From Candidatus Fermentibacterota bacterium (GTDB lineage: Bacteria; JAFGKV01), in assembly GCA_016928395.1 (NCBI GenBank), contig JAFGKV010000225.1, positions 1 through 38,090 on the forward strand: a stretch of DNA of 38,090 bases, given 5' to 3'. The position numbers and the translations under genes were made by a program. Under the pieces are notes generated by a model. It saw only the letters and a list, made by a program, of their open reading frames with translations, ran no database searches and was not told where the DNA came from. Positions 1 through 8,522 of the stretch are shown here, one piece after another. Position 1 is the first letter of the stretch. Each line of letters begins with the position of its first letter.

Positions 1-92
1 GTCGCGCCCCGCGTGGGCGCGTGGATTGAAACACACCATAGCAGGGTAGCTGAGGATGAAAGGAGGTCGCGCCCCGCGTGGGCGCGTGGATT
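1..92 (+). CRISPR. Terminal part of a CRISPR array, type I-C-like repeat
   Basis: 32-bp repeat GTCGCGCCCCGCGTGGGCGCGTGGATTGAAAC at 1-32, a 33-nt spacer at 33-65, and a second repeat at 66-92 identical for 27 bp before losing the GAAAC end (typical trailer repeat). The internal palindrome and ATTGAAAC end fit I-C repeats. No cas genes in the window. Confidence 0.9.
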
Positions 93-276
93 TGTTCCTT
101 CTAGAGTCAAATCTTCAATCTACAATCATCTGTCCCGCGTCCTTGGCAGTGGCCCCCGTGGCCGGCTCTCTCCGCGCGGCCTGGATTCCCCGAACGCGTC
201 GGGCAATGACAGGGGAGCGAGTGGAGGCCGACCTGCCGTATGCCGTGTGCGCGCCATTGAGGGGGTCAGGTGAGCG

Positions 277-523
277 ACTAATGGACGTTACTGCAAGAAG
301 TGCCTCGCGGGGCGAAGGGGATGCCGAAGTCGAGGGCACTGTGCCACGAGGACCAGGATTGGACGCACCCGGAACCCTCAGAATGGAGGTGATCGCTCCT
401 ACCAAGCTGTCAAATCGAAACCGGCGACTCTGTCCAAGATGAAACCGGTGCTGACCGAGGCTGCCCGATCGATCCTCGACTCATGGCGTCCGTAATGCAC
501 GTTCTGCAGCAACGTCCCGTAGT
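277..523 (+). mobile_element. Miniature inverted-repeat element with a remnant of a RAYT-like (HUH/Y1) transposase 5' end
   Basis: Imperfect terminal inverted repeats at 277-303 and 497-523 (21/27 match, core GGACGTT.CTGCA). From GTG 341 it encodes VPRGPGLDAPGTL, resembling the MPRxxRLDAPG N-terminus of RAYT-like transposases, after which similarity stops. Confidence 0.55.
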
Positions 524-664
524 TTGTAGTTCCCAGGCCCGTTTCCAGCCTCCGGGGCGAGGAAGCACGGCGCACGAAGAGTCTCGCGCGTGCTGACACG
601 AAGCTGCCTGATGATTGCGAGGGGTCCCCGACCGGGCACCCAAACGCCCCGGTCGCCACGCCTA

Positions 665-700
665 TTGACGCGATGGTACTAGAATAGTATCATCGTGTCA
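665..700 (+). promoter_or_regulatory. sigma70 promoter and palindromic operator of hicAB (probably leaderless)
   Basis: TTGACG (665-670), 17 bp, TATCAT (688-693), 6 bp, ATG 700. Inverted repeat 666-680/686-700 (13/15). No SD sequence. Confidence 0.75.
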
Positions 701-894
701 TGCCACCCAAGATCCGAGATCTCATTCGGGACCTGAAGACCGCCGGGTTCGTGGACCGAGGCGGGAAAGGAAGTCACCGCAACTTCACGCATCTCAGGAG
801 AGCGAAGGTCACCCTGAGCGGCAGACTCGGCGATGATGCGAAGCCCTACCAGGTGCGGGATGTGCGGAAGGCAATCGAGGAAGTGAAGGAATGA
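700..894 (+). CDS. hicA: HicA-family toxin
   Basis: 64 aa with GKGSH motif and dsRBD-like pattern (DLIRDLKTAGF...AKPYQVRDV). Overlaps the next gene by ATGA. Confidence 0.9.
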   Translation: MPPKIRDLIRDLKTAGFVDRGGKGSHRNFTHLRRAKVTLSGRLGDDAKPYQVRDVRKAIEEVKE

Positions 895-1415
895 AACGGA
901 GCGACAGATACCTGAAGATCGTGGAGTGGTCGCCAGAGGACGAGTGCTATGTGGGCACCTGCCCGGGTTTGATGCTGGGCGGCGTACATGGAGACGACGA
1001 GGCCGCAGTGTACGCTGAGTTGTGCGACGTGGTCCGGGAGTGGATGCGCATCTACGAGGAAGATGGCGAGCCGCTGCCGGCTCCCACGGCAGGGAGGGAG
1101 TACTCGGGACGGTTCGTGCTCCGTGCCGGCCGCGAGCTGCACAAGGAATTGGCTACACGGGCAATGCGTCTAGGCGAGAGCCTGAACACTTACTGCGTGA
1201 AGGCGCTGGAGGCCAGGGTGCATGAAGCCCTAACTCCGCGTCGCGCGCGAGTCGTGAGGCATCGAAGCGTAGTTCCGCAGGGCGCTGGTGGTCGGGGGAC
1301 ACGTCTCGGGGACGTTGGTTCTGAAGTTACCGAACGAGACCCTGCAGGAGTGGAGCTGCAGGGGCGGTCTGGGCACGCAGGCAAGACGGAGACTTGCGCG
1401 CAACGAGATCGATGA
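891..1415 (+). CDS. hicB: HicB-family antitoxin with a non-conserved C-terminal extension
   Basis: WSPEDECYVGTCPGL...HGDD...YSGRFVLR...LHKELA...GESLNTYC HicB+RHH pattern. Homology ends near 1230; the rest reads into intergenic repeat DNA. Confidence 0.88.
   Translation: MKRSDRYLKIVEWSPEDECYVGTCPGLMLGGVHGDDEAAVYAELCDVVREWMRIYEEDGEPLPAPTAGREYSGRFVLRAGRELHKELATRAMRLGESLNTYCVKALEARVHEALTPRRARVVRHRSVVPQGAGGRGTRLGDVGSEVTERDPAGVELQGRSGHAGKTETCAQRDR
1307..1340 (+). repeat. GGGACGT-family dispersed end motif
   Basis: cggggacgttggttctgaagttaccgaacgaga. Its reverse complement aligns with 37940-37970, and it shares the core with 277-303, 497-523, 23451-23479 and 37980-38008. Confidence 0.55.
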
Positions 1416-1633
1416 GTGCGCGCCGATAGGTGCCGAAGGAGAATCTGAGCATGCGGGGTCAGCGTACCAGGGGACCGCAACGGGTTTCTTTCGACTTGTG
1501 ACACAAAGACTTCCTTTCGTACCGGCACACGCCCGTCTTCCAACACCCTCCCGGTCAGGGCTTCCGCGCTCGATGGCAACTCCCTCGAGATCTGACGTCG
1601 CCGGCGGCTTCCGGCCATGGACATCGGTGGTGG

Positions 1634-1685
1634 TTGACTGGGGATAGGCTGTAAGATATTCTATTACGGTACTTGGAGAGGAGGT
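1634..1685 (+). promoter_or_regulatory. sigma70 promoter and RBS of the RHH/PIN operon
   Basis: TTGACT (1634-1639), 17 bp, TATTCT (1657-1662). GAGGAGG precedes ATG 1690. Confidence 0.65.
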
Positions 1686-1689
1686 CATT

Positions 1690-1908
1690 ATGAGAAGCAC
1701 AATCACCATCAGCATTCCTGAGGACGTGCGGGAGGAATTGGACCGTGTGGCCACTGCAGAAGGCGTTTCCCGCAGCGACATCGTCCGGGAGTCCGTTCGC
1801 GACTACCTCTTCGTCCGACAGTTCCGATCCCTCCGAACGCGCATGATGCCCAAGGCTGCACGAAGGGGTGTTCACACCGATCAGGATGTGTTTGACCGCG
1901 TGTCATGA
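1690..1908 (+). CDS. CopG/ribbon-helix-helix antitoxin
   Basis: 72 aa, TITISIPEDVREELDRVA...GVSRSDIVRESVRDYL RHH pattern. Overlaps the PIN gene (ATGA). Confidence 0.9.
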   Translation: MRSTITISIPEDVREELDRVATAEGVSRSDIVRESVRDYLFVRQFRSLRTRMMPKAARRGVHTDQDVFDRVS

Positions 1909-2318
1909 AGATCGTCCTGGACACCAACGTGCTGGTGGCGGCGTTCATCGCTCGCGGGACCTGCCACGAGGTATTGGAACACTGCATGGTCCACCACGAG
2001 GTGGTGGTCTCCACCCAGATACTCGACGAATTGCAGGAAGTCCTCATGCGCAAGTTCGACTACAGCCAGGCAGAGACGCACGCGGTAGTCGATCTGCTGC
2101 AGACGCGGGTCTTCTGTGTCACCCCGGCTCCCATGCCACTCCAAGTGTGCCGGGATCCTGATGACGATGTGATCCTGGCGACGGCTCTGTGCGGTAGATG
2201 TACGGTCATCGTGACGGGCGACACAGACCTGACCGACCTCGGCCGATACGAGGGCATCACCATCCTGACTCCGCGGGACTTCTGGGCGTTCGAGCAGGAG
2301 TTCGGGGGAACTTCGTGA
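1905..2318 (+). CDS. PIN-domain (VapC-like) toxin
   Basis: IVLDTNVLV, CRDPDDDVILATA and IVTGDTDL are the acidic PIN motifs. Confidence 0.92.
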   Translation: MKIVLDTNVLVAAFIARGTCHEVLEHCMVHHEVVVSTQILDELQEVLMRKFDYSQAETHAVVDLLQTRVFCVTPAPMPLQVCRDPDDDVILATALCGRCTVIVTGDTDLTDLGRYEGITILTPRDFWAFEQEFGGTS

Positions 2319-2481
2319 GCCGCGAGCGGGGGTAACAGCCTGATCCGAGAAGAGGGTGGTCTTCGCCTTGCGGAACAAGCAGAGCGGGGGCTGAGAGTGG
2401 GGTCGTGTAGTGCATTGTGGGATTCGAGGTACGGGGATGAAAATCGGATTGAGGCCGCAGTGAGGAGACGGGGGAGGGGAC

Positions 2482-2661
2482 GCCGGTTCCGAACTGGAAA
2501 CGTCGTCGGATGAGGACCTTCGCCGCCTCGTACACGACAATGACGTGTTCGCACGTACTAGCCCCGAACACACGCTGCGTTTGGTGAAGGCCCTGCAGGC
2601 CAACGGCGAGGTTGTGGCCATGACGGGCGATGGTGTGAACGACGTCCCTGCGTTCGCGTAG
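2482..2661 (+). pseudogene. Internal fragment of a cation-transporting P-type ATPase
   Basis: Manual translation (not in the ORF track): [58 protein letters not shown], containing the VFARxSPE and MTGDGVND hinge motifs. No start codon upstream of the homology; in-frame TGA at 2461. Confidence 0.85.
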
Positions 2662-3201
2662 AGCACAGTGTGGATATCGCCCCACTGCGCACTCGATATG
2701 GATATGGCCATATCCATATCCCCATCACCGTCGACGTCGCCGAAGCTCGCCACACCGATCTCAACACAGAGACACGCTGCGCTCCAGGCATAGCGGAGGG
2801 TCCGGAGAATCGCCGCAGGTCAGGAACAGCTCCGGACGACCATTGCCATTGAGATCCGTCACCGCCACAAACCAGCGTGTCGCCCATTCCTCCTCCGGTT
2901 CTGTCGGCACCTCAAGCTGGATGTCCCCCGACCACTCCAGCCTCCGTTCCCAGGCGTCGTCACCCGGCAGCCCCGTCCCGCGGTAGATCTCGACTTTACC
3001 ATCCTGGGTCGTGAACACCATGTCGTCGATGCCGTCGCCGTCGATGTCGCCCGCATCCACCGACCAGGCGCGATGGGTGTAGAGCCCCCCCATGGAGAAC
3101 ACCCGATCATCCCGCACCCAGTCAGACGCCGTGGGTTGAGCTGCAGCGCTGGCGGTCAAGAGCGACAGACCGACCACCATGATGCCGATTCGTTGCCACA
3201 T
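2640..3201 (-). pseudogene. Frameshifted and truncated secreted FG-GAP/VCBS repeat protein
   Basis: RBS, signal peptide and GDIDGDGIDD and DLNGNGRPEL repeats in ORF 2761-3201. A third repeat (FGDVDGDGDMDM...LYANAG) follows in another frame from 2753, then the gene runs into the opposite-strand ATPase fragment. Confidence 0.75.
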
Positions 3202-3240
3202 GACAACCTCCTTCCCAGCGGGAAGACCTGACCCGGTCCT

Positions 3241-5943
3241 TCAGCGCATCAGCACCACCCGCTGGGTTTGCTCTTGCCCGTTCCAGCACAACCGAAGAAC
3301 GTAGACGCCTTGTGGGAGCAGGGAGGCGCCGCGCACCGTGTTCCACTCCAGGCGATGTGAACCGGCAGCCAGGCGTCCGTGTGCCAGCACCGCACGTTCC
3401 CTTCCACTGAGATCGAAGACCGACAGGCGAACAGGCCCGGCTTCGGGGATCGTGAAGCTAACGCTCACCTTCCCGGCAGTCGGGTTCGGCGCGACGCCGG
3501 ACAGCGTGAATTCAGTTGGGTCGGGCGAAGGCCCGGAACCTGATGCCGGTCCCACGGGGAGGATCGTGCGCCAATCCAGCAGGTTGCCAAATATGGATGG
3601 GCATTGGAACCAGAGGACGGCGTCACCCGGCCTCCATCCGACGGTGGTGAACGTGCCCTGGTAGTCGCACCAACTGAGCTGTTGCAGCGGCACGTCCAGC
3701 GTGTCACCGCCGGGCGTGAGGATGGTGAGCAGCGGCGGGTAGGGAGAGTCACAGTGGGAGTTCCAGTAGACGTCGACATCGACCTGCGTCCCCGTGTCCG
3801 GTTCCGCCGGGGTGAGGGTGAAGGAGAGCGAACCCACATACTTCCGCTCCGCGAAGTAGTTCCGTGGCATGGGGTTGAGGAGCGATTGGGATGCATCCCG
3901 GTACGATTCGGTCCACACAGGTGGCGCTGGTGGAGCCGAACCGGTGAGGAGCCCTCGCCACGCTTCGTCGGTCATCCGCTCATCGTACGGCACCGTGAAC
4001 TCGTAGTAGGGAACGTGCACGCCGCGAGTAAGCACTATCACGTCCGCACGGCGAACTGCCACCAGCATCACCCATGGATAGCCGACGCCTTCTTCAAGGG
4101 CCTGGAAAGTGACAAGGTCCGTGTGCACATCGGCGATTACCGGGGTCTGCGCTATCTCCTCCCAGTCAGGTTCGCCGGGGTGAAGCCATTCCTCCTCCAC
4201 CGAGATGATGACCTGCAGACTGGCACCGATGGCACCCAGGAGCCCATCCTGCGCGGGAGAGAGCTGCCCATCCGTCAACTCAAGCAACGATATCTCCCGC
4301 AGGTCGCGGCACAACGCGCCGAGGCGCGCCAGCCTCTCCGCTTCCAGTGGGCCAAGTAACCCAAGACCGCTGAGCCCTGAATGGGTATACTCGGCCAACG
4401 CCGCAAGCCTCGCCCAGAGGTAAGGATTGGGCTCGACATAGTTAAGGAGGAGTGCCGCTCCGGGCGGAGCACATAGCGCGTATGACTGCTTCGCATACAG
4501 GATCGTGTCATGGCGCAGCTCTCCCCAGCTCATGAGCGACGTTGACAGCTCCCTATCCGACCAGGCGGGATTGGTCATGAACACCGGCCACCCTTCGCCT
4601 TTCTCGAAGAGGAGCGGCATGAGGGAGTAGAGCCAGTTGTAGTAGAGGTTCCCGGCCCATGTCGAGTCTGAGACCGATGCCATGTACTCCCGCATGGAGT
4701 CGAGCTGCGCTACGTACTGCGGATCGGTGAACTCGCCGTAGACCTCATCGAGAATCTCCCGGGCGCGATCGCAGCCTAAGGACGCCATGATGTCCAGTCC
4801 GCGAGGTGTGGTTCGCACGCAATGAGGGAAGACGACCTGCTCGAAAACGTAGGAGTCGGGGATGAATCGCTGCCCCATGAGACGCATCCCCAGGAATGAG
4901 GCATTGGCGATCTGCGGGCCGGCGAACTCCTCCCGTGCCTGGTCAATGAACTGGCCCAAGAGCACCACGTCTGCCAGATCGGCCACGCTCAGGTCCGCCA
5001 GGGGAGCCCCGTAGACCGTCTCAGCAAGGGTCTCATACTGCTGGGGCGTCACGTCATCCGACCGCCCCACGAAGAACACTGTCGGCCAGTAGATGGCGTG
5101 CCAGTCGGTTTGAGTCTGTGAATGCAGTGCCATATCCCTGGCCAAGAGGAGAGCCGAAAGGGTGTGGTCCCGAACGAATCCGTCGGGGAACTCCTCGTCC
5201 AGCATGAAGGCCATCCTCCCGTACCACATCATTGCTCGGAAGTAGGCTGCCAGGGTATCGTTGGTGGTGTAGTGGCCCCTCACCAGGTACTGGGAGTAGT
5301 CTTCGTCATAGCTGAACGAGGGAGACATCTGCATTCCGGCGTGCTCGTAGATGAGGTTCAGCTCCTGGCTCACAAGGTTCGTAACGGAAGCCGGAGCCTG
5401 GAACGTCGAATCCAAGAGGCTTGCAGCAACACAGTGGAATGCCAGAAGCCTGGTAGCCGCGGAGAGCTCCGCGGCTGAGGACGCCTCATCGTAGGTACCC
5501 AGCGCCGCGGCGACCAAAGTGGTGTTCATGGTCTTCAGCGTGTCGAACAGATTCGTCAGTTCCGCCTTCTTAAGGATCCAGTCGAACAGCACGTGATAGG
5601 CATGCAGGAATGCGTCGGTCGAGACGAACGTGGGGACCCCGGTTTCGCGGTTTTCGTTGTAGACGTCGTACACTTCGGCCCTGCCCGGTGCCGGGATCAC
5701 GATGAAGGAGTTGGCCGCCAGCAGGGCTTTCTCCTGCTCGGTCAGCGTGAACTGGTCGGCGTTGATCACATTGGAGAGGTCGGGCTCGATCTCCCACGGG
5801 GCGACATCGGGCGTTACGGTCACCGGAATGGGCACATAGGTCCCGAACGGATTGGTCATCGGTTCGGTGATGTCCGCCAGCATGTGATCCAGCGCCCACC
5901 CAGACGCGGCCAAAACGATGATGAGAACAACTGCCGCCTTCAT
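3241..5943 (-). CDS. Secreted DUF3160-domain protein with C-terminal FlgD-Ig/T9SS-type sorting domain
   Basis: Signal peptide; EDYSQYLVRGHY, YFRAMMWYG, MGQRFIPDS, SWGELRHDTILYAKQSY, YVEPNP and IADVHTD motifs; C-terminal PNP...VFDLSGR...GVYVLRL domain. Confidence 0.85.
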   Translation of the reverse strand: MKAAVVLIIVLAASGWALDHMLADITEPMTNPFGTYVPIPVTVTPDVAPWEIEPDLSNVINADQFTLTEQEKALLAANSFIVIPAPGRAEVYDVYNENRETGVPTFVSTDAFLHAYHVLFDWILKKAELTNLFDTLKTMNTTLVAAALGTYDEASSAAELSAATRLLAFHCVAASLLDSTFQAPASVTNLVSQELNLIYEHAGMQMSPSFSYDEDYSQYLVRGHYTTNDTLAAYFRAMMWYGRMAFMLDEEFPDGFVRDHTLSALLLARDMALHSQTQTDWHAIYWPTVFFVGRSDDVTPQQYETLAETVYGAPLADLSVADLADVVLLGQFIDQAREEFAGPQIANASFLGMRLMGQRFIPDSYVFEQVVFPHCVRTTPRGLDIMASLGCDRAREILDEVYGEFTDPQYVAQLDSMREYMASVSDSTWAGNLYYNWLYSLMPLLFEKGEGWPVFMTNPAWSDRELSTSLMSWGELRHDTILYAKQSYALCAPPGAALLLNYVEPNPYLWARLAALAEYTHSGLSGLGLLGPLEAERLARLGALCRDLREISLLELTDGQLSPAQDGLLGAIGASLQVIISVEEEWLHPGEPDWEEIAQTPVIADVHTDLVTFQALEEGVGYPWVMLVAVRRADVIVLTRGVHVPYYEFTVPYDERMTDEAWRGLLTGSAPPAPPVWTESYRDASQSLLNPMPRNYFAERKYVGSLSFTLTPAEPDTGTQVDVDVYWNSHCDSPYPPLLTILTPGGDTLDVPLQQLSWCDYQGTFTTVGWRPGDAVLWFQCPSIFGNLLDWRTILPVGPASGSGPSPDPTEFTLSGVAPNPTAGKVSVSFTIPEAGPVRLSVFDLSGRERAVLAHGRLAAGSHRLEWNTVRGASLLPQGVYVLRLCWNGQEQTQRVVLMR

Positions 5944-5969
5944 GACGCGCCTCCTTCTTGTGGAAATCT

Positions 5970-8426
5970 TTACCTGATCAGCACCACCCTGGCCGACGCC
6001 CTCGCATCGCCTGCCTCTGCCGAACAGACGTACGTCCCGCTGGGCACGCGAAGGCCGCGGTCGTCGAGACCGTCCCAGACGAGACGGTGCGTGCCTTCCG
6101 GCAGAGGTGATGCGGCTACGATCCGGACGCGTCGTCCACCAAGGTCGAAGACCGACACATTAACCGGGCTTGGCTCCGCCAGGAACAGCCCAAACGGCGT
6201 CATCCCCGTGCTCGGGCACGGACCAACCAATCTCAGTTGCAGGCCTGCCTTCCAAGCGGGCAGCACGGGGCACCCCAACCCGGTCGACCTCGCCAGCCTC
6301 AGCGTGCCGCCCGAACGGAAACAGATGCAAGGGGCATCGTTCCCATCCAAGGCGAGAGACGTATAGTCGCCCAATTCATCCAGATCCTGAACACGCCACC
6401 CCGACTCATCGCGTTGGGCGTACCGCACTCTATGGAAGACATGGTTCTCCGGCCACGATTCAACAACCTCTGTCCTGCAGTAGCCGACATGCGGATTGCC
6501 GTTGCTGTCCAGTGCAAGGGAGGCATAGCGCCCCATGGTCCAATCATCGTACGGGATGTCGACGGTCTCGAATGTCCATTCGCCGTTCGATTTGAGGGCA
6601 TACTCGAGGCGGCCGTTCACGGAGTAGGCAACATGCGGTTGATTCGAGGCATCGACGGCCAGCGAGGCAGCATCTATCGCTCCACTCGAGTCCACCAGTC
6701 CACTGATCCATCCGGAGTCGGTCAGGTGAGCATACATGAGCGCATCGGTGCGCTGCATCCCCTCTTGCGAGACGGTGTAGCTGTACACGACGGAGGGAAT
6801 GCCAGCGAGATCAAGGGCAATTGACGGGCAACTCTGGCCGCGCTGGTCGATCAGGGACACTTCCCATCCCAGTTCGGTGGAGTGTGCGTAGAAGATCCCT
6901 GACCCGTCGAGCCCTGTGCTGATTATGTGCGGCCTGTTCATGGTGTCGACGGCAAGGTCGCACGCACCCGCGAAACCGATCTCGCTGGTGGTCCAACCGC
7001 TGTCATCGCGCACGGAGTAGCAGAGATTGCCGGGTGGAGACCAGAACGACACATGTGCACGACCATCGCCATCCTCCGCCAGTGACGAGTGCTGGCCCAC
7101 CGACTGGTTGATCAGATGTCCCATCGCGACAGTTTCATATCGCCACGAGAACCCATCCCAGAATGCATAGTCAAGATCACCACGCTCATATCCCAGCGAC
7201 CTGCAGTAGCTGACATGAGGATTACCCTCCGGATCCATGGCGAGCGAGCAGTACTCGCCCACCCCGAGGCCCTCACTGTCTGCCACTTCGAGGATCCACC
7301 CCGCGGAGTCAGGACACGCGTATTCCAGCATGCTGTGGAAGTTGTAGCCATCATAGTAGGCATAGCTGTAGACAATGCGTGGTGCACCCAAGGGATCGAG
7401 GCCTATCGAAGTACTGTGATGCGAGAGGATATCCTGGGTCCAGCAGATGGTCACGATCTCCCACGTCGAACCGACCTTCGTTGCATACTTGTGCTGCTCG
7501 CTTGCCCCAAAGCTGATGTGCGGAGTGCCATCTTCCTCAAGCACAAGCGATGTGGCGCCTCCGCTTGACCCTTCCGCTCCCACTGTCTCTTTCACCCAGA
7601 CCGATCCATCCCAGGAAGCATACTTCAGATTGCGGTGAGCCCAGTCCCAGTAGCTGATCCGGGGATACCCCTGGCTGTCCAGCGCGATCGAGCAGTACTC
7701 ACCCACCCGGTCTGACTCGTCAACTGTGTCGACCCGCCATTCGACAGCTATGCGCCATGCGTGCTTTAGGCTCTGCGCCGTGCTGTCGAAGTAGGCAACA
7801 TGAGGCGTTCCGTCCGCATCGAGCGCGAGCGATGTGTAGAACTCGGCACCTTCAGAGCCCGGTACGGCTTGGATGGTCCATCCGGAGGCGGTGAGAGCCG
7901 CAAACTTGAGCTTGTCGCCGGTCACATCACAGTAGCTGATCCGAGGGAAACCCTGATTGTCGAGGGCTACGGAGGTGGCGCTCCCCACGTCGCCTGCGCT
8001 GTCCACGGCATGGATCGACCATTGCGCACCATCCCAGAATGCGTAGCGCAGATCGCCGTTCCGGGCATCGAAGTAGCTGACATGCAGGTGATCGCCTTGA
8101 TCGATCGTCACGGACGCGTATGCCCCGACCTCGGCACTCTGGTCAACGATCTCATCATGCCATCCGGTTCCATCGCGCCAGGAGTGGTACAGACGATCGC
8201 CACCATAGATGAGGTGGGCTCGCCCCTGGCTGTCAATCGCCACGCACCGGTCAGTCGTGAGTTCGAACTCCCTGGGCCAATCGATGGTCTCAACCGCCCA
8301 GCCAAGGTCCTGAGCGATCGACGGTCGCGGAAGAGCTGTGCCGAAGAGTGCCACAGCCGCGAATATCGCTCGGCCGAGAGCCAGCCACGTGGCTCTGGCA
8401 GTTCTTGCCGTTTCTGACCGTTTCAC
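5970..8426 (-). CDS. Secreted repeat (probable beta-propeller) protein with FlgD-Ig/T9SS-type C-terminal domain
   Basis: Signal peptide, many W..ETVD...VG.Y.SLALD..G.PHISY...LKYA repeats, C-terminal VFDLGGRRVR...WDGLD...PSGTY. Confidence 0.85.
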   Translation of the reverse strand: MKRSETARTARATWLALGRAIFAAVALFGTALPRPSIAQDLGWAVETIDWPREFELTTDRCVAIDSQGRAHLIYGGDRLYHSWRDGTGWHDEIVDQSAEVGAYASVTIDQGDHLHVSYFDARNGDLRYAFWDGAQWSIHAVDSAGDVGSATSVALDNQGFPRISYCDVTGDKLKFAALTASGWTIQAVPGSEGAEFYTSLALDADGTPHVAYFDSTAQSLKHAWRIAVEWRVDTVDESDRVGEYCSIALDSQGYPRISYWDWAHRNLKYASWDGSVWVKETVGAEGSSGGATSLVLEEDGTPHISFGASEQHKYATKVGSTWEIVTICWTQDILSHHSTSIGLDPLGAPRIVYSYAYYDGYNFHSMLEYACPDSAGWILEVADSEGLGVGEYCSLAMDPEGNPHVSYCRSLGYERGDLDYAFWDGFSWRYETVAMGHLINQSVGQHSSLAEDGDGRAHVSFWSPPGNLCYSVRDDSGWTTSEIGFAGACDLAVDTMNRPHIISTGLDGSGIFYAHSTELGWEVSLIDQRGQSCPSIALDLAGIPSVVYSYTVSQEGMQRTDALMYAHLTDSGWISGLVDSSGAIDAASLAVDASNQPHVAYSVNGRLEYALKSNGEWTFETVDIPYDDWTMGRYASLALDSNGNPHVGYCRTEVVESWPENHVFHRVRYAQRDESGWRVQDLDELGDYTSLALDGNDAPCICFRSGGTLRLARSTGLGCPVLPAWKAGLQLRLVGPCPSTGMTPFGLFLAEPSPVNVSVFDLGGRRVRIVAASPLPEGTHRLVWDGLDDRGLRVPSGTYVCSAEAGDARASARVVLIR

Positions 8427-8522
8427 CTCAGCCCCCTTTCATCGCCTGTGCCTCGACTCAGAGCACCTGGTAGGAACACTGAGCCAACAGTCAAGACGGC
8501 GCTCCCAGTGAACACCCATCCC

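Noticed and set aside
33-65. CreTA-like self-targeting of a toxin promoter by the CRISPR spacer
   Set aside because: No match seen by eye to the TA promoters. The best hit I noticed (TTC-ACACCA near 22242) is only 6 nt, which is chance level. No exhaustive search was possible.
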